This document shows positions 1 through 8,854 of a stretch of 32,000 nt of DNA, one piece after another. Below the pieces are notes generated by a model, which saw nothing but the letters and a program-made list of their open reading frames with translations, was not told the DNA's origin and searched no databases. This DNA is from Candidatus Saccharimonadota bacterium (GTDB taxonomy: Archaea; Nanohalarchaeota; Nanosalinia; Nanosalinales; Nanosalinaceae), in contig NZ_CP180230.1 in the NCBI RefSeq assembly GCF_047555085.1, forward strand, positions 1-32,000. Direction: 5' to 3'. Numbering within the stretch: the stretch's first letter is position 1; the number at the start of each line of letters is the position of its first letter. Both the position numbers and the translations under genes were made by a program.

Positions 1-22
1 GATCTGGAGTGGTGGTTTTGAC

Positions 23-49
23 CTACCACCCCCTGATTTCACGTGGAAC
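23..49 (-). promoter_or_regulatory. ORB-like origin recognition box (reverse orientation)
   Basis: The reverse complement reads GTTCCACGTGAAATCAGGGGGTGGTAG. It matches the box at 154-180 at 21 of 27 positions. The TTCCAC..GAAA dyad plus GGGGGTGG G-string resemble published archaeal ORB elements. Confidence 0.7.
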
Positions 50-73
50 AGAGTTTCTGAGCGGGAAATTCTG

Positions 74-130
74 ATTATAACAGTAGTATACTATTATTAC
101 AATATTATATTATAATAACAGTGTTATATC
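74..130. other. AT-rich candidate duplex unwinding element
   Basis: The sequence ATTATAACAGTAGTATACTATTATTACAATATTATATTATAATAACAGTGTTATATC is almost devoid of G/C runs and lies exactly between the inverted ORB-like boxes. Confidence 0.6.
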
Positions 131-152
131 TTTGTCTTTGGACTCTCGGACT

Positions 153-180
153 ATTTCCACTCGAAATAAGGGGGTGGGGG
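153..180 (+). promoter_or_regulatory. ORB-like origin recognition box (forward orientation)
   Basis: The sequence is ATTTCCACTCGAAATAAGGGGGTGGGGG. The dyad end faces the AT-rich region and the G-string is distal, mirroring box 23-49. Confidence 0.7.
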
Positions 181-332
181 TGTACCGGACCTTGATTTCA
201 GGTGAAAAAGGATTATAAACCTTGGTTTCGAGTAGAAGTTTACAGATGTCTTCGACTAAAAATAATTCCAGGTTTGAATCGGTCAGCGGGGAGCTGTCTG
301 GTTCGTTTCTGTTTCGGGGGGTGCTGTAGTTT

Positions 333-1541
333 ATGGCTCAGGGGGATCTGAAGTCGATGTTTTCGAACTACCTGGAACAGGATTCAGTCTTCAAAAACAA
401 GGATGCTCTTACTCCGCACTACAAGCCGGATGAGATACTGCACAGGGATCAACAGATCGATGATCTGGCTTCGATCCTGGCTCCGGCACTGAAGGGTAAC
501 GATCCAAGTAATGTTTTTCTGTACGGTTCTGTAGGAACAGGGAAATCGCTTATCGTAAAACATGTTACAGAAGAGTTGAAGACCGTAGCCACCAACGAAC
601 AGGTAGATCTGAATATACTGTATATTAACTGCAAGATGAAGAAAGTCGCCGATACAGAGTACCGCTTACTGGCAAAGCTTGCTGAACAGCTGGGAGAAGA
701 CGTTCCGAGCACAGGCCTTGCCACAGAAGAGATATACAACCGTTTCTTCGAGGCCCTGCAGGATATGACAGGCGTTGTCATCATCGCACTGGATGAGATA
801 GATGCGCTTGTCAAGAAAGTCGGAGACGAGTTCCTTTACAATCTTACAAGGATCAACGATGATCTAGAGGATACAAAAGTTTCTATACTTGGAATTTCGA
901 ACGATCTGAACTTTACAGAGTATATGGATTCGCGTGTCAAGTCCTCGCTTTCAGAGGAGGAGATTATCTTCCCGCCGTACAATGCTCTGGAGCTCAGAGA
1001 GATATTGAAGGCTAGAACAGATGAGGCCTTTGTGGAGGAGGCCTTGAAGGATGGTGTTATCTCGAAGTGTTCGGCATTGGCGGCTCACGAGCACGGGGAT
1101 GCCCGTAGAGCTCTGGATCTTCTGCGTGTTGCAGGAGAACTGGCTGAGAGAAGTGAGAAAGAGCTTGTGGCCAAGGAGCATGTGGATATGGCTCAGGACA
1201 AGATCGAGCGTGATCGTGTTGTCGAGACTGTGAAACAGCAGCCAAAGCAGTCGAAGATCGTGCTTTACACTATTCTTGATATGATCGAGGATACTGAGGA
1301 GGAGATCGCTACAGGAGATGTCTATTCGCGTTACAAAGAACTGTGCAGCGATCTGGATGTATCAGAGCTTACTCAGAGAAGGGTTTCAGGCCTTATCAGT
1401 GAGCTGGATATGCTTGGTGTTATCAACGCCAAGGTCATAAGCAAGGGTCGTTACGGCCGTACCAGACAGATAAGTGTTGACTTATCTCAAAATATCAGGG
1501 AGCAGATAGAACAGCTTGTTGAAGACAAGTTCTATCTGTAG
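333..1541 (+). CDS. orc1: Orc1/Cdc6 replication initiator (AAA+ ATPase with winged-helix C-terminus)
   Basis: 402-aa ORF. It has Walker A GSVGTGKS, Walker B IIALDEID and the N-terminal LTPHYKPDEILHRDQQ pattern typical of archaeal Orc1/Cdc6. It lies adjacent to the ORB/DUE region. Confidence 0.95.
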   Translation: MAQGDLKSMFSNYLEQDSVFKNKDALTPHYKPDEILHRDQQIDDLASILAPALKGNDPSNVFLYGSVGTGKSLIVKHVTEELKTVATNEQVDLNILYINCKMKKVADTEYRLLAKLAEQLGEDVPSTGLATEEIYNRFFEALQDMTGVVIIALDEIDALVKKVGDEFLYNLTRINDDLEDTKVSILGISNDLNFTEYMDSRVKSSLSEEEIIFPPYNALELREILKARTDEAFVEEALKDGVISKCSALAAHEHGDARRALDLLRVAGELAERSEKELVAKEHVDMAQDKIERDRVVETVKQQPKQSKIVLYTILDMIEDTEEEIATGDVYSRYKELCSDLDVSELTQRRVSGLISELDMLGVINAKVISKGRYGRTRQISVDLSQNIREQIEQLVEDKFYL

Positions 1542-1614
1542 TTTTTGTTTCAACAGGGGGTTGGATTTCAACAGTGAATAAAGGAAAGAGCAGCGATAAT
1601 AAGGGGGTATCAAG

Positions 1615-3402
1615 GTGAACGAAGAAGCAGTAAAGAAACTGACAAAGCAAGGATGCATGGTGGGTAAGGAAGCAGCTGAAAAGCTGACTATGGATGATGT
1701 AGAACGCATAGATCAGCTTGAAGCCACTCCAATGTATGTCTCAGGCCAGATGCTGGAAAATGTACGTCAGAAAACTTCTCAGAAAGTTATGGTATCCTCT
1801 TCAGGATCCAGCAGAGTAGAGACAGAAACAGATACTGAAAATTCTATAGAAAAATCTTCAGAGGCCTCCAGGACACCTATAGTGGAAGAAGATAAGCCTT
1901 CAGATGAGGAGGATGGTCCACAGCCGATGAAGGAGCTGGAAGACAATATCTCTGAAGACGAAGAAGATAGATCTTCTGTAAAGGAGAAAGATGATTCTGA
2001 AAACGCAGATGACGAGGAAGTAGAAGAGCATAATTCACAGGATGCTGAGGAAGCAGAGGCCCAGGAGATAGTAAAGGATGAAGGCGATTCAGAGGCCTCC
2101 GAGGATGTCGATGAAAGCATCTACGGCAGGAGATCATCGCACTTCCAGGGCGGGAAGACTGTACAGATAAGGGATGATAGAAGAAGGGATGAGCTTGATA
2201 CAAAAGTCGAGATAATGGATGATTACGAGGTCTCCCAGTCTGAGAAAGATGTCCCGGAGTTCCTGGGATACTACAATGATCGTTACGACAAGATGAAGAG
2301 GCTTCTGATGAGAAGAAGCGAGTTGAGGTCGGCAACAGCTATTCAGAGGCTTGAGAGAAGAAGTGAAGGTGATGAGGCTGCTACAGTAGGCCTAGTCAAG
2401 GATAAGTACTCCACTAACTCCGGGAAGTACATAGTTACGCTTGAGGACAAGACAGGTACTTTCAAGGCCCTTGTTGACGAAAGAGAGGGCGACAAGATCG
2501 TCCAGGATGAGATGATCGGTGTACACGGCAGTATGGGAGGCGATATAATCTATGCTAACTCTGTTGTGAGGGCGGATCTTCCGATTCCTGACGGCGTCAA
2601 GACTACGAAGGATGAGGTGAAGGCGGCCTATATCTCCGATCTGCATATCGGCTCGGAGGATACTCTTCACGACAGACTGGATCGTTTCGCGAAGTGGCTT
2701 GGTACTTCAGAGGCCTCCAAGATCGGTTATCTGGTCATGCCTGGGGATGTCGTCGAAGGTGTAGGAGTTTATCCCGGTCAGGAGGACGAGCTTGAAGTTC
2801 CTGATATCTACAAGCAGTACAACAGGTTCGAGGACTGGGTGGAAAAGATCCCGGAGGATATACAGGTTATAGTCGGTCCAGGGAACCACGATATCACACG
2901 TCTGGCGGAGCCTCAGCCGAAGATCGATAAAAGTGTGTTTGACAGGGTGACTGATTTCAACAACTTCCATCTGGTGAACAATCCACAGACCGTCAGGCTT
3001 CACGGAATCAGGAGTAAAGGCATCAAGAACTTGATGTACCACGGTTACAGCTTCGACGATCAGATCGACGCGATCAAGGAGCTGCGTGAAAACGCCTACG
3101 AGGAGCCTTACAGGGTCATGGTCGATCTTTTGAAGAGGAGACACTTGGCGCCAACATATGGCTCCAATCTTCTTTCACCGGAACAGGAGGATCACCTTGT
3201 GATAGATCAGAAACCGGATGTCTTCGTCGCAGGACACCTCCACTCCCACTCTAACTACAGTTACAAAGGAGTTAACGTCATCGCAGCAAGCACTTTCCAG
3301 GCCCAGACCGACTTCCAGAAACGTGTCGGCCACGAACCGGATCCCGGGAAAGTCACGATAATAAACTACAAGAACAGGAACACCGAGGTGAAACAGTTCT
3401 AG
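1615..3402 (+). CDS. polD1: DNA polymerase II (PolD) small subunit DP1
   Basis: 595-aa ORF with a GTG start (alternative ATG at 1657). It carries calcineurin-like phosphoesterase motifs DLHIGS, GDVVEG, GNHD and GHLH. A long acidic low-complexity linker (about aa 55-170) follows a DP1-like N-terminal helix domain. The synteny with orc1 and DP2 supports the call. Confidence 0.9.
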   Translation: MNEEAVKKLTKQGCMVGKEAAEKLTMDDVERIDQLEATPMYVSGQMLENVRQKTSQKVMVSSSGSSRVETETDTENSIEKSSEASRTPIVEEDKPSDEEDGPQPMKELEDNISEDEEDRSSVKEKDDSENADDEEVEEHNSQDAEEAEAQEIVKDEGDSEASEDVDESIYGRRSSHFQGGKTVQIRDDRRRDELDTKVEIMDDYEVSQSEKDVPEFLGYYNDRYDKMKRLLMRRSELRSATAIQRLERRSEGDEAATVGLVKDKYSTNSGKYIVTLEDKTGTFKALVDEREGDKIVQDEMIGVHGSMGGDIIYANSVVRADLPIPDGVKTTKDEVKAAYISDLHIGSEDTLHDRLDRFAKWLGTSEASKIGYLVMPGDVVEGVGVYPGQEDELEVPDIYKQYNRFEDWVEKIPEDIQVIVGPGNHDITRLAEPQPKIDKSVFDRVTDFNNFHLVNNPQTVRLHGIRSKGIKNLMYHGYSFDDQIDAIKELRENAYEEPYRVMVDLLKRRHLAPTYGSNLLSPEQEDHLVIDQKPDVFVAGHLHSHSNYSYKGVNVIAASTFQAQTDFQKRVGHEPDPGKVTIINYKNRNTEVKQF

Positions 3403-4085
3403 TGACGGAGTTAGTGGAATCATACCGGCAGATGAGCGACTACGAAAAAGTCGCCACCATCGATATGGGAGGAACACTTCTCTCAAGGCCTCAGGACTCA
3501 CCTTCGACACACGCCCGACTGAACGTGGCGCTAGGCCTTGCAGAACAGGAGGAAATGGATCTGTATGTAGAGTTCCAGGCCGGAAACGGAGAGATAAACG
3601 ATCACAGTGAACACGCCAGAAAGCAGACAGAACTGTTGAGAGGCCTTGAAGACGCAGATATAGAGACATACGCCAATACCGTACAGGAAATTTTACAGGA
3701 TACAGAGCTCATGCCGGCCGCACAGAGGTTCACGGACGAGCTCGATGAAATGGGATATACTACGGTAGCTGTCTCATCTGCGCCACCGGCCGTTACAATG
3801 CCTTACGCCGATGAGCTTGAGCTTGACGGTGTCTACAGGTGGAAAGACTATAATTTCACTGATTCCGGGCTTTTTGACAGAGTGTGGGTGAATCCGGAGG
3901 CTCAGAACGGAAAGCACGAAGTTGTTGAAGGCCTGCAGGATCAGGATACAGATGTGGCGCATTTCGGAAACGGAGATAATGATAAAGGAGCAGTCAAGGC
4001 TGCTGATGCCGGGAAGAGGCAGTGGTGGATGGCTAATCCGGATAAAGCTGTTGACTGGGCTTTGAAGGAGGCAGAGAAATTATGA
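3402..4085 (+). CDS. HAD-superfamily hydrolase, phosphoserine-phosphatase-like, with atypical motif I
   Basis: 227-aa ORF. Motif I is IDMGGTL (DxGxT instead of DxDxT), motif II VAVSSA, motif IV GNGDNDKGAVKAAD. The GTG start overlaps the DP1 stop (TAGTG), with an alternative ATG at 3432. The stop overlaps the DP2 start (ATGA). Confidence 0.7.
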   Translation: MTELVESYRQMSDYEKVATIDMGGTLLSRPQDSPSTHARLNVALGLAEQEEMDLYVEFQAGNGEINDHSEHARKQTELLRGLEDADIETYANTVQEILQDTELMPAAQRFTDELDEMGYTTVAVSSAPPAVTMPYADELELDGVYRWKDYNFTDSGLFDRVWVNPEAQNGKHEVVEGLQDQDTDVAHFGNGDNDKGAVKAADAGKRQWWMANPDKAVDWALKEAEKL

Positions 4086-7000
4086 AAACTGAAGAATACT
4101 TTGAAAGAATAGAAGATAAGACCGAAGAAGCATACGATGTGGCAGAAAAAGCTAGAGATCAGTCAAAGGATCCTGAGCAACGTGTTGATATTCCAGTTGC
4201 CAGAGATCTTCCTGAAAAGGCCTCAAGTCTTGTTATTGCGGCTATGTTTCCGCAGCTTGAGGATCAGGGTGTGCCTGAGAGAATCAGAGAGCTTGAAGAT
4301 GAGTACGGGAAAAACGATGAGCGTGTGGCTTTCTCTATTGCCAGAGAGATCGCTCAGGGTGATTTCCATGAGTTCGATGAACTTGAAAAGGCCTGTAATG
4401 CAGGTATCCGTGTAGGAGTATCTTACATGACAGGAGGGATTACTACAGCTCCTCTGGAAGGTATTGGAGATATCAAGATACGTGAAAATAATGATGGCTC
4501 CCAGTACATCGCGATGTACTACTCAGGGCCTATCAGATCCGCTGGAGGAACAGCATCTGCTATGAGTGTGCTGCTTGCTGATTACGTTCGTAAAGGTGTT
4601 GACCTGGATCCGTTCGATCCGTCGGAAACTGTGGTGAAGAGGTATGGTGCGGAGGTTGAAGACTACTACAACCGTGTGACGGCCAAGCAGTACAATCCAA
4701 CGCGCGAGGAGACAGAGATGATCGCAAGCAATGTTCCTGTCGAGGTCACGGGATCTCCTACAGAGTCCCTGGAGGTTTCCAACTACAAGGATCTGGATAG
4801 GGTTGATACCAATCAGATCCGTGGAGGAATGTGCCTCGTTTATCTTGACGGTCTGCCGTTGAAGGCCTCAAAGATCAAGAAGAGGATCGAGAAATGGGGT
4901 GAGGACTTCGGACTGGAGCACTGGGAATGGGTGGAAGAGTACCTTCAGCTCCAGAAAGATATCCACTCTGATGGAGGAGATGAGGACTCAGAGGAAGACG
5001 AGGACAAAGCGAAGCATACACCTAGCGACAAGTATCTTGGATCTCTTACCGCAGGAAGGCCTGTATTTGCACATCCGGGGAGAAAAGGAGGATTCAGGCT
5101 TAGATACGGTCACTCGAGGACTAACGGCCTTGCAGCAGTCTCATTCCATCCTGCAACGATGGAAATAACAGAGAGATTCATCTCTACAGGTACGCAGTTG
5201 AAGACGGAGTATCCCATGAAGGGAACTGTTGGAACTCCCTGCGACTCTATTCATCCGCCAGTAGTTCGTCTTGAGAGCGGCGAAGTAAGAAAAGTCGATA
5301 CTCGTGAAGAAGCCAAGGAGATCGAAGACGATGTAGATGAGATTCTTTTCCTCGGCGATATGCTTGTAGCTTTCGGAGAGTTCATAGAGAACGGTAAAAA
5401 ACTGATTCCATCACCGTACGTGTCAGAGTGGTGGGAGAAAGAGCTTGAGAAAGAGCTTGAAGAACAGGACGTCAAACTGGGCCGCGACTTTACAGACAGA
5501 GATCCAACGCCAGAAGAGGCCTTCAAGATCTCAGAGGTACTGGATATACCGCTGCATCCGAAATGGACGCATCACTGGAGAGAAACATCTCCGAAGAAAT
5601 TCAAGGCCCTTTACAGCGATCTCAGAGACGGAAAAGTGGAAAGCCCAAAGGCGAAGAAAGCGCTTGAAGATATACTTGCAGAGTACAGGATCGAAGATGG
5701 AGAGGCCAGAATAAAGGAAGAGCAGCTGAAGACGATTAAGGAGCTGCTTGACTTGGAGAACAATCACAGCGAAAAAGTAGATTCGATAGAGGCCTCTAAA
5801 GAAATACCTGAGTTTATAGAGAAGGTTTCAGGGATAGAGGTCAGGGATCAGGCACCGCACTACATCGGAGCGCGCATGGGACGGCCTGAAAAGGCCCAGA
5901 AGAGAACGCTTAATGGCAAGCCACAGCTTCTATTCCCCTGCGGCAAAGATGAAGGAGGCAGGATGAGAAATCTGTCAGAATCTTACAGGCATGAAACAGT
6001 CAACGAACAGATAGTACACAACAGATGCCCTGAATGCGGTGAGATAACACATTACTCGTTCTGCAGAAGCTGTGATGTTCCTGCCGAGCCACGCTGGTTC
6101 TGCACCAGCTGTGACGAAGAGTTCAAGGAGGCCACGGAAAAATGTGGTTCATGCGGTAATGAAAGGGTACAGAGATACAAGACCACGGATATCGATGTAG
6201 AATCGATGATGAATGATGCGCTGCAGAACGTGGATATGCCTGAGCCTCCAGAGCTACTGAAATCTTTCAGAGGTATGACATCCAAGCATAAGCACGTTGA
6301 GCCTATAGAGAAAGGCCTCTTGCGGCAGAAATACGATTTATATGTCAATAAAGATGCCACGGTAAGATACGATGCCACTGACATTCCTATGACACATTTC
6401 AAGCCTAAAGAAATCAGTGTCTCGGTTGAAAGACTGAAAGAGATCGGCTATACACACGACAAAGATGGAGAACCTCTTGAAGATGAGGATCAGGTTCTGG
6501 AGCTGAAACCACAGGACATCGTAATACCGGATTCAGAAAATACTCTTTCCGCAGCAGACTACATGATGCGTGTAGCGGACTACGTGGATGATTTGCTGGA
6601 GCAACTATATGGACTGGATTCTTTCTATGATATAGAGGATAAAGAAGATCTTGTCGGAGAGCTTGTTGTAGGCCTGGCACCTCATACATCAGGAGGGACT
6701 GTAGGCCGTATAATCGGCTTTACAAATGCGAAGGGAATCTATGCACATCCTTACTGGCATGCAGCAAAGAGAAGAAACGCTGACGGTGACGAAGATGCAA
6801 TCATGCTTATGATGGATGGGCTACTTAATTTTTCACGACAGTTCCTTCCTGATATGACAGGAGCAAGGACTATGGATGCTCCACTGATCCTTTCAACAGT
6901 ACTGAATGCAGACGAGGTTGACGATGAGGCCTGGGCTACTGAGACGGTCGACGAATATCCATTGAGTTTCTACGAGGAAACAATGGAGTACAAGAAGCCG

Positions 7001-7588
7001 TGGGAGATGGACACGGAGATAGAGATCGGTGAAGATATAGTTCACAGCGATGAACCGTTCCGACATGGATATACTCATGAGTCAGAGGATGTTGAGAACG
7101 GGCCTAACCAGTCGGAGTATGTCACGCTTGATGAGATGAGTGAGAAAACATCTGCACAGCTAGGCCTAGGCGAAAAGACCAAGGCTGTGGATGAAGATGC
7201 TGTAGCAGAGCTTCTGCTTGATAAACACTTCATACCGGATATCAAGGGAAATCTCAGAAGCTTTTCGTCTCAGAAGATGCGCTGCGTAGACTGTAACGCC
7301 AAGTTCCGGCGTGTACCGATGACAAATCAGACAATAGCACCATCAGGGAAAGAGACTGCAGAATGCCCAGAATGCGCTGCAAACCCTGATAAGACAGGAG
7401 CAGGCAAAGTTCTTCTGACCATTTCAGAAGGAACGATAAAGAAGTACATGCAGCCTTCAAAAGACATCATCGACAGTTATGAGATCTCGCCGTACAAGAG
7501 ACAGGAAGTACAGATCTTGAACAGGACGATCCAGAGTCTTTTCGGCAAATCAAACAGGCAGTCAGGCCTCAAGCAGTTTACGGGCTGA
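4082..7588 (+). CDS. polD2: DNA polymerase II (PolD) large subunit DP2
   Basis: 1168-aa ORF. Conserved DP2 blocks are present: SGPIRSAGGTA, GRPVFAHPGRKGGFRLRYGHSRTNG, GARMGRPEKA and GLAPHTSGG. There are internal Cys4 clusters (CPECG..C..C) and a C-terminal zinc module (CVDCNAKFRRVP...CPEC). No intein-like insertion is visible. Confidence 0.95.
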   Translation: MKTEEYFERIEDKTEEAYDVAEKARDQSKDPEQRVDIPVARDLPEKASSLVIAAMFPQLEDQGVPERIRELEDEYGKNDERVAFSIAREIAQGDFHEFDELEKACNAGIRVGVSYMTGGITTAPLEGIGDIKIRENNDGSQYIAMYYSGPIRSAGGTASAMSVLLADYVRKGVDLDPFDPSETVVKRYGAEVEDYYNRVTAKQYNPTREETEMIASNVPVEVTGSPTESLEVSNYKDLDRVDTNQIRGGMCLVYLDGLPLKASKIKKRIEKWGEDFGLEHWEWVEEYLQLQKDIHSDGGDEDSEEDEDKAKHTPSDKYLGSLTAGRPVFAHPGRKGGFRLRYGHSRTNGLAAVSFHPATMEITERFISTGTQLKTEYPMKGTVGTPCDSIHPPVVRLESGEVRKVDTREEAKEIEDDVDEILFLGDMLVAFGEFIENGKKLIPSPYVSEWWEKELEKELEEQDVKLGRDFTDRDPTPEEAFKISEVLDIPLHPKWTHHWRETSPKKFKALYSDLRDGKVESPKAKKALEDILAEYRIEDGEARIKEEQLKTIKELLDLENNHSEKVDSIEASKEIPEFIEKVSGIEVRDQAPHYIGARMGRPEKAQKRTLNGKPQLLFPCGKDEGGRMRNLSESYRHETVNEQIVHNRCPECGEITHYSFCRSCDVPAEPRWFCTSCDEEFKEATEKCGSCGNERVQRYKTTDIDVESMMNDALQNVDMPEPPELLKSFRGMTSKHKHVEPIEKGLLRQKYDLYVNKDATVRYDATDIPMTHFKPKEISVSVERLKEIGYTHDKDGEPLEDEDQVLELKPQDIVIPDSENTLSAADYMMRVADYVDDLLEQLYGLDSFYDIEDKEDLVGELVVGLAPHTSGGTVGRIIGFTNAKGIYAHPYWHAAKRRNADGDEDAIMLMMDGLLNFSRQFLPDMTGARTMDAPLILSTVLNADEVDDEAWATETVDEYPLSFYEETMEYKKPWEMDTEIEIGEDIVHSDEPFRHGYTHESEDVENGPNQSEYVTLDEMSEKTSAQLGLGEKTKAVDEDAVAELLLDKHFIPDIKGNLRSFSSQKMRCVDCNAKFRRVPMTNQTIAPSGKETAECPECAANPDKTGAGKVLLTISEGTIKKYMQPSKDIIDSYEISPYKRQEVQILNRTIQSLFGKSNRQSGLKQFTG

Positions 7589-8767
7589 ATCTCTTTCAAA
7601 GGCCTCTGAGATGCGTGGAATACGGGAGGCCTTATCAACTACTTCTCTATTCATTCTCTCCTCTATCTCACTTTCCTGTCTATAATCATCTATGCTGTAA
7701 TCTCTGTCGTCGAGCTTTGACTTGTGGCCGGATTCTGTTCTCTCCATTTCATTCAGCTCCTCCTCTAGATCTCTGAAGAACTCTTCTACTTTCTCAGGCC
7801 TGTAAACTTCTCTTCCAGGAGATGAAAAATCGATTTTGACGCCATAACGCTCCTGCATAAACTCTCTGAATTCTTCCAGCCTTTCCCTGTACTTTTCAGC
7901 TACAGGATAAGCGTCTTCTACAAGCATCTTTCTTGAGGCCTCGCTGTTCACATCTCTGGAGTGTTTCAGCTTCCTTGAAGCTTTCAGGCCTATTTTACGT
8001 AGATTATCAAGTTTCTCTCGAGTCTTGTCTAGGTCTCGCAACTCTTTCTCTATCTTTTTCCTCAGGTCATTCGGCACGATTCCTTCAGGCATCTTTTCAG
8101 GGTTTTCGGCTTTCATATGCCTGATGTATCTGTCCAGAGGCTCGAAGATAGGGCTTTTAGAGAAATTAGTGTCGTATACGCCCTTGATCCAGTTTTGCTG
8201 CAGATCTTCAGGCTTCCTTCTTGTTCCAAGAGGCACTTCTCTATCCACTTTAAACATCACATAATCGATCCTACTGCCGCCATCATTCACTTCCATGCTT
8301 TTACGGGAAATAAAACGCAAATCATCCGGAGAGCCGTAGATTTTTTCCAGGCCTTTATTGCTTTTTACTGCATACGTCTTCGGCTTCCCCGAAGGATTCC
8401 TGATCTCTTCTTCAGGCATTGCAACTACTTCCAGATGCTCTACAGGCACCTCAATCTTCAGTATTACATCGCGTGCGTAACTTTCCGCCGTCTCATAGTA
8501 TCCACAGAATACACCAGGCTCTGCTATAGCATGATCGCCAGAATTCACCTCGTCCTTTGTGTACTGATCTCTGTACCCGTTTTCAGCGGTGATATATCCT
8601 TTTTTCAGGACACTGATCTGTTCATGTCTTCTATCTGCTGTATACTCTTTATTGAAAAATATCTGCTCGCTGCACCCTCTGTAAATCACTGCTTTATCGT
8701 AACTGAAAGGATAATCACTTATCTCACCCTTGAGAAATTTTTCACAGTCCCAGACTCTTTCACTCAT
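7562..8767 (-). CDS. Hypothetical protein: globular N-terminal domain plus K/R/E-rich coiled-coil C-terminal half
   Basis: This 401-aa ORF is the longest in the interval. I recognise no family. The TATA-like AAGTTTATACAGG lies about 27 nt upstream of the ATG on the minus strand. The 3' end overlaps polD2 by 27 nt. Confidence 0.65.
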   Translation of the reverse strand: MSERVWDCEKFLKGEISDYPFSYDKAVIYRGCSEQIFFNKEYTADRRHEQISVLKKGYITAENGYRDQYTKDEVNSGDHAIAEPGVFCGYYETAESYARDVILKIEVPVEHLEVVAMPEEEIRNPSGKPKTYAVKSNKGLEKIYGSPDDLRFISRKSMEVNDGGSRIDYVMFKVDREVPLGTRRKPEDLQQNWIKGVYDTNFSKSPIFEPLDRYIRHMKAENPEKMPEGIVPNDLRKKIEKELRDLDKTREKLDNLRKIGLKASRKLKHSRDVNSEASRKMLVEDAYPVAEKYRERLEEFREFMQERYGVKIDFSSPGREVYRPEKVEEFFRDLEEELNEMERTESGHKSKLDDRDYSIDDYRQESEIEERMNREVVDKASRIPRISEAFERDSARKLLEA

Positions 8768-8854
8768 CTGTATACCAGTTCAACAGTATCCTGTATAAAC
8801 TTTTGGAAGGCCTTGGGCATAGCTTATTTAGGATTAGAACTGTAATTCTCTGGT

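Larger units (their letters stand above)
1..332. other. Candidate chromosomal replication origin (oriC) directly upstream of orc1/cdc6
   Basis: Two inverted ORB-like boxes (23-49 and 153-180) flank an AT-rich stretch (74-130). Further half-site or G-string elements lie at 186-207 and 311-323. No ORF is present. The position next to orc1/cdc6 is typical of archaeal origins. Confidence 0.75.

Noticed and set aside
3175-3669. 164-aa minus-strand ORF spanning the DP1/HAD junction. Similar antisense ORFs lie at 1877-2335, 2707-3144, 19587-20081, 22105-22539, 23068-23400, 26159-26509 and 29835-30188.
   Set aside because: All lie antisense within genes that have clear family signatures. Their composition is atypical (Cys/Arg/Ser-rich) and they lack plausible start contexts. 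I treat them as non-coding shadows.
4082-7588. Possible intein or split-gene arrangement in the PolD large subunit
   Set aside because: The conserved DP2 blocks are collinear without a large insertion. The length (1168 aa) is normal for an intein-free DP2, and no Cys/Ser...HN splice-junction pattern was seen.
8200-8767. ADP-ribosyltransferase-like Y-R-G ... E-x-E pattern in the N-terminal domain of the 401-aa orphan
   Set aside because: Only the YRG tripeptide and scattered acidic residues fit. There is no STS-type middle motif and the spacing could not be aligned convincingly by eye. It is too weak to report as a call.
8117-8845. 242-aa plus-strand ORF antisense to the 401-aa gene
   Set aside because: It is rich in Phe, Ile, Cys and Arg, unlike every credible protein in this acidic proteome. 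It is nested against the longer minus-strand ORF, which has a proper TATA-ATG arrangement. It would also run through the divergent promoter region into the CBS gene's upstream sequence.
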